Of a stretch of DNA of 41,157 nt, positions 37,572 through 41,157 are shown piece by piece; positions within the stretch are counted from its first letter, which is position 1, and every line of letters starts with the position of its first letter. Source of the stretch: Arenibacter sp. (GTDB lineage: Bacteria > Bacteroidota > Bacteroidia > Flavobacteriales > Flavobacteriaceae); assembly GCA_041582955.1 (NCBI GenBank), contig JBFHGV010000001.1:1-41157 (forward strand), given 5' to 3'. Made by a program: the position numbers and the translations under genes. The notes under the pieces are model-generated. The model ran no database searches, had not been told where the DNA came from, and saw nothing but the letters and a program-made list of their open reading frames with translations.

Positions 37572-38684
37572 ATGAAAATAATTAATAGTACAGTGGGGCT
37601 TCTAATGACCATTTATCTTATGACCAATGCACAACTGAATGCTAATATAAATAGCAGGACCATGTTATCATCACATTGGAATTTAGTAGAACACAGTCCA
37701 TTATCTGGGTATAATGTAGAATCCGTAGTTTACTATGCAGGCCATAGGCCTGTTATAACCAATAAGAAGATGGTTTGGGTTGATACTGATCTTACAGTAG
37801 GAATGAAATGCTACTATAGGGAGGGCTTCAGTGATGTTGATGATGGCTATGCCGTTTTGCAATTGTTCAAAGCAGATAACATTCATATTACCGGCATCAG
37901 TGCGGTTTTTGGAAACACCAAAATTGATGATGCCTATCGGCTTTGTAAAAAAATGGTAAGTGATTTTTCGGGTAATCCCATCCCTGTGCACAAAGGTGCG
38001 GGGGAAAAGATAGATTTGGTCCAGGTGGTTACAATTGATGCGGTTGAAGCTATGGCAGAGGCCTTACGAAAAGAACCTCAGACTATTTTAGCCATTGGAC
38101 CAGCAAACAATGTTGGCCTACTTTTATTGTTATATCCAGAACTTGCGCCTCAAATTCAAGAGGTTGTGCTAGTTGCCGGACGAAGAACACCTACTTCGTA
38201 TTTCGAAATTGGAAATCCGGTACGTCATGCTCCTGACTTAAACTTCAACCTAGACAATGAGGCTTTCCGCATATTGTTTCAGAGGGAAATAAAAGTGGTT
38301 CTTTGCCCATTTGAAATATCAAATAAAGTTTGGTTAACGGCAGAAGACCTGAAGGATTTACAGGATGGTACGTCAGGTAACGCATGGTTAACCAATGCAT
38401 CAAAGCCCTGGTTAGAGCAGTGGGTAGATGCTGGGGACAAAGGGTTCAATCCATTTGATGTTTTTGCTAGCCATTACCTTATTGCTCCCGAAGATCTTAT
38501 CATGGAGCCACTTCTGGCCCGGTTGGAGATTCATGTAAACGATATGAAATTGGAAAATAAGGAACACAATTTTAAGCAATATCTATTGTGTGACAAAAAG
38601 GGTGGATACCCTATACTGTATTGCTACGGTGTTGTTTCCGATTATCATCAAAAATTAATGGCCAGTCTATTAAAATCCAATTAA
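37572..38684 (+). CDS. Inosine/uridine-preferring nucleoside hydrolase family protein, divergent, with signal-peptide-like N-terminus
   Basis: 'VWVDTD...SDVDDGYA' (expanded DxDxxxDD), 'GISAVFGN', 'PVHKGA', 'LAIGPANNV', 'DLNFNLD', 'FNPFD'. Confidence 0.85.
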   Translation: MKIINSTVGLLMTIYLMTNAQLNANINSRTMLSSHWNLVEHSPLSGYNVESVVYYAGHRPVITNKKMVWVDTDLTVGMKCYYREGFSDVDDGYAVLQLFKADNIHITGISAVFGNTKIDDAYRLCKKMVSDFSGNPIPVHKGAGEKIDLVQVVTIDAVEAMAEALRKEPQTILAIGPANNVGLLLLLYPELAPQIQEVVLVAGRRTPTSYFEIGNPVRHAPDLNFNLDNEAFRILFQREIKVVLCPFEISNKVWLTAEDLKDLQDGTSGNAWLTNASKPWLEQWVDAGDKGFNPFDVFASHYLIAPEDLIMEPLLARLEIHVNDMKLENKEHNFKQYLLCDKKGGYPILYCYGVVSDYHQKLMASLLKSN

Positions 38685-38700
38685 AATAAAAAATGGCAGG

Positions 38701-39678
38701 ATGGAGAAGTTGACAAGGGATATTGACAAACTGCAGGCCTATTTGAATCGGCGAGGGTGGTTGTTTCCAGATGAAAATATAGCGGCAGTTGAAGTCCCGG
38801 GAGCAGGGAATATGAATTTTACACTTCGAATCAAAACCAATGCGCGTAGTTTTATTATAAAACAGAGCAGGGACTATGTTGAGAAATATCCCCAGGTGGC
38901 CGCACCAGTGGAAAGGGCATTGCGTGAGTCCGAGTTTTATACCCTCATCGCCGATCATGATATTTTGAAGCGACAGATGCCAGAACTGAAGGGAGTAGAC
39001 AGACATAATCATGTCCTGAACTTTCAAGATTTGGGAAACGGTTTTGACTTTACCTATATATATCAAAAGGATGAACACCTAGAGGAAACCGATCTTCAAA
39101 AAATAATGGCCTTTGCAGCAACCCTACATGAAACCATCCGTACGGATACGACCCATGTAAGATTGGCCAATAGGAAAATGCGTAAACTCAATCATGAACA
39201 TATTTTTATCTATCCTTATGAAAATAGACTCGACCTGGATGTCATTCTTCCCGGGCTAAAGGGAATTGGCCATAACTTTAAGGCAGATTGGACTTTAAAG
39301 GATAGGGTACAAAAACTAGGCGAGCTTTATCTCGCGGATGGAAAGACTTTGTTACACGGAGATTATTTTCCCGGTAGTTGGTTTAAGGCTGAGGATGACA
39401 TTAAAATTATAGATCCAGAATTCTGCTTTTTTGGGGAGCCCGAATTCGACATTGGCGTGACCCTTGCACATTTAAAAATGTCTTCACAATCTCAATCTTT
39501 GATCGAAAAAGCGCTTAAATATTATTCGAATTTGGCTCCACTTAACAAGGACTTGTGCTTCCAATTCATGGCAATTGAAATACTACGGCGTTTACTGGGG
39601 TTAGCACAACTACCATTGAGTCTGGACCTTGAAGAACGTAAAGCTCTTCTTGAGGAGGCCCGTAGCATCCTAGTATAA
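38701..39678 (+). CDS. 5-methylthioribose-kinase-like phosphotransferase (APH/choline kinase fold)
   Basis: 'GAGNMN' (MtnK GxGNxN), 'IIKQS', 'LLHGDYFPGS', 'IIDPEFCFFG..EFDIG' (MtnK-type DPE motif). Confidence 0.85.
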   Translation: MEKLTRDIDKLQAYLNRRGWLFPDENIAAVEVPGAGNMNFTLRIKTNARSFIIKQSRDYVEKYPQVAAPVERALRESEFYTLIADHDILKRQMPELKGVDRHNHVLNFQDLGNGFDFTYIYQKDEHLEETDLQKIMAFAATLHETIRTDTTHVRLANRKMRKLNHEHIFIYPYENRLDLDVILPGLKGIGHNFKADWTLKDRVQKLGELYLADGKTLLHGDYFPGSWFKAEDDIKIIDPEFCFFGEPEFDIGVTLAHLKMSSQSQSLIEKALKYYSNLAPLNKDLCFQFMAIEILRRLLGLAQLPLSLDLEERKALLEEARSILV

Positions 39679-39926
39679 CCAAAGAATAAATCCGTACAAT
39701 ACAATCATAAAATGAATCGTAGGTAGGGTAATTATTACTATACTGTCCTGAATTTCGAGTACTCATCAGTTTCAAAAAATAGGAAAATTGAAGGAGGGCT
39801 ATCCCAATTGGACAAAAGTTTAAAATTCAGTCTAAGTGATCTAGAAAATAACTTGTAAGAAGATTATCCTGAAACCCTAAGATGGTGAAATCCGAACAAT
39901 GGACTTTTTGGCAAATGAAATAGGAT

Positions 39927-40579
39927 TTATATCCTTTTGTCCTTACTATCCTTGTCAAAGGCGTACAAATTAAATAATTGTCTCATTCTGGTACGCACTC
40001 GGTTACCATAGCGTACCTCAAGTTCTTGGGCATTAAGATTGGTAGTGGCATGAGTATATATGTTATGGTTCAATAATATTTCGTATCGTGAAAGAAGTAT
40101 TTCCCCATGACATTACAATCCTTTCCGAAATATCGTCCAGTGGGTTCTACTCCCAGTTTATCAAAACAATAGGCTTTGCCCTCACCATATTCCTCGACAA
40201 TTTTAAAGTCGATATTATTAAGGGCAAATATGATATTGCGAACCGGAATTACTTCGTAGGGTCGGGCATAGAGGGTCAGATAACGCAATTAGTTCATAAG
40301 ACTGCTCTTACCCCAACCTACAGGTCCTGACAGCAATATGCTCTTTTTAAGTTCAATATCCAACTTCTTGCAATTCAGTGGGTCTTTGATATAGTAGTTA
40401 CAGAGTTTGAGTAAAACCTCTCGGTACTGCTCAAAAATACTAAAATTTTTACCGAACATAATTTTTCCCTTGACATGGAGATACACCGATATTTTTTCAA
40501 AAGCATACCAGATCTGATTATCCTAAAGGCTACCTAGGACGTACTGTTTATAGCCCACAAAGCGAATATGTGGGTTCAT
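39927..40579 (-). pseudogene. P-loop ATPase (DnaC/IstB-like loader of Bacteroidota integrative elements), decayed
   Basis: ATG 40579; in-frame TAG 40523-40525; Walker A 'GPVGWGKS'; in-frame TAA 40289-40291; Walker B 'CFDKLG'; frameshift near 40105 (MG|EILLSRYE); 'THATTNLNAQELEVRYGNRVRTRMRQLFN'; stop at 39927-39929. Confidence 0.85.
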
Positions 40580-40901
40580 AGCGGTTGATTAAATCTTTCA
40601 TGGAACTTATCCCAAGGTTGTCCGTATTTTGGCTGACCGGGACCAATGTTTTATCCTCCTTTAATTCCTTTGCCTTAAGCATCCATTTTTTAGCAAGTGC
40701 GAACCAATCCACGATTTCGGCCGTGCCTCCAACTTTCCATCTGATGCTTTGATAATGACAATGAAACTTTTTTGCTTCCCCAAAGGGCAATTTCCTTTCA
40801 ATAAAAAACGTAACGACTAGTTTTTCATTTTGGGGTAGGTCTAGTTTGCCCCCATTTATTTTGTTTTTAATAGCTTTTATATGATTATTTATGGCTACCA
40901 C
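40548..40901 (-). pseudogene. C-terminal remnant of a phage/ICE replication-initiator-like protein
   Basis: 'EAKKFHCHYQSIRWKVGGTAEIVDWFALAKKW' resembles the F..YY...GW.VG....M..W...A..W motif of the gene that normally precedes this ATPase. No N-terminal HTH part is seen upstream. Confidence 0.6.
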
Positions 40902-40909
40902 TACTTGTA

Positions 40910-41157
40910 CATTACTTGTCTGATTATAAAGAATTATTTAATTGTAATTCGATTTCGCTATAACTAGTAGAGCTAATTATTACATAAATTATGGGCAATC
41001 GATATTGTAAAATTTACACGCTGATATAAAATTTACAAATTATAAATTATTCAATAATTGCTAATATATTAACAATATAATTTATTGTTAATATTAAAAA
41101 AATAGTAATAATGTAATAAAATTAAATAATATCATAATTATATTCAAAATATACACC
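40910..41157. other. Very AT-rich non-coding tract
   Basis: Nearly all A/T from about 41020 onward; no ORF in the track. Confidence 0.6.

Noticed and set aside
2445-39775. Many short ORFs in the track overlapping long genes on the opposite strand or in alternate frames (for example 14985-15410, 21548-21937, 29223-29645, 38611-39078)
   Set aside because: They shadow well-supported genes and show no recognisable motifs.
1-41157. CRISPR array, tRNA/rRNA, IS transposase, integron attC sites
   Set aside because: No regularly spaced repeats, cloverleaf or rRNA signatures, or transposase/integrase ORFs were seen by eye.

Overview
Flavobacteriaceae-type (Bacteroidota) DNA, almost all coding on the + strand, in five blocks. 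(1) 1-7500: small accessory genes (ECF sigma tail, triple-frameshifted DUF1348/NTF2 gene, AraC, DUF302, HPP, MFS, zinc deaminase, SRPBCC, Cys-rich ECF sigma, alpha-carbonic anhydrase). (2) 8216-27108: a complete polysaccharide utilisation locus, probably for beta-1,2-glucan: propeller/Y_Y_Y/LuxR regulator, SusC, SusD, tandem-LamG lipoprotein, two GH144, esterase, GH43, GH3 and an S1 sulfatase. Its promoter has phased TACTACATC repeats and a perfect 24-bp palindrome. (3) 27587-31758: a NemR/NemA-like redox module with repeated NemR-box-like operators and a divergent pseudogene. (4) 32045-39678: a CAZyme-free SusC/SusD locus with a DUF2064 (CofC-like) leader gene, a probably exported nucleoside hydrolase and a methylthioribose-kinase-like enzyme. 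This is the best candidate for an undescribed system: uptake and salvage of 5'-modified ribosides, possibly arsenosugars, perhaps controlled through a C-terminal PP arrest motif. (5) 39927-41157: decayed replication-initiator/ATPase remnant of an integrative element. No rRNA, tRNA or CRISPR array was seen. All family calls come from motif recognition by eye, not database searches.
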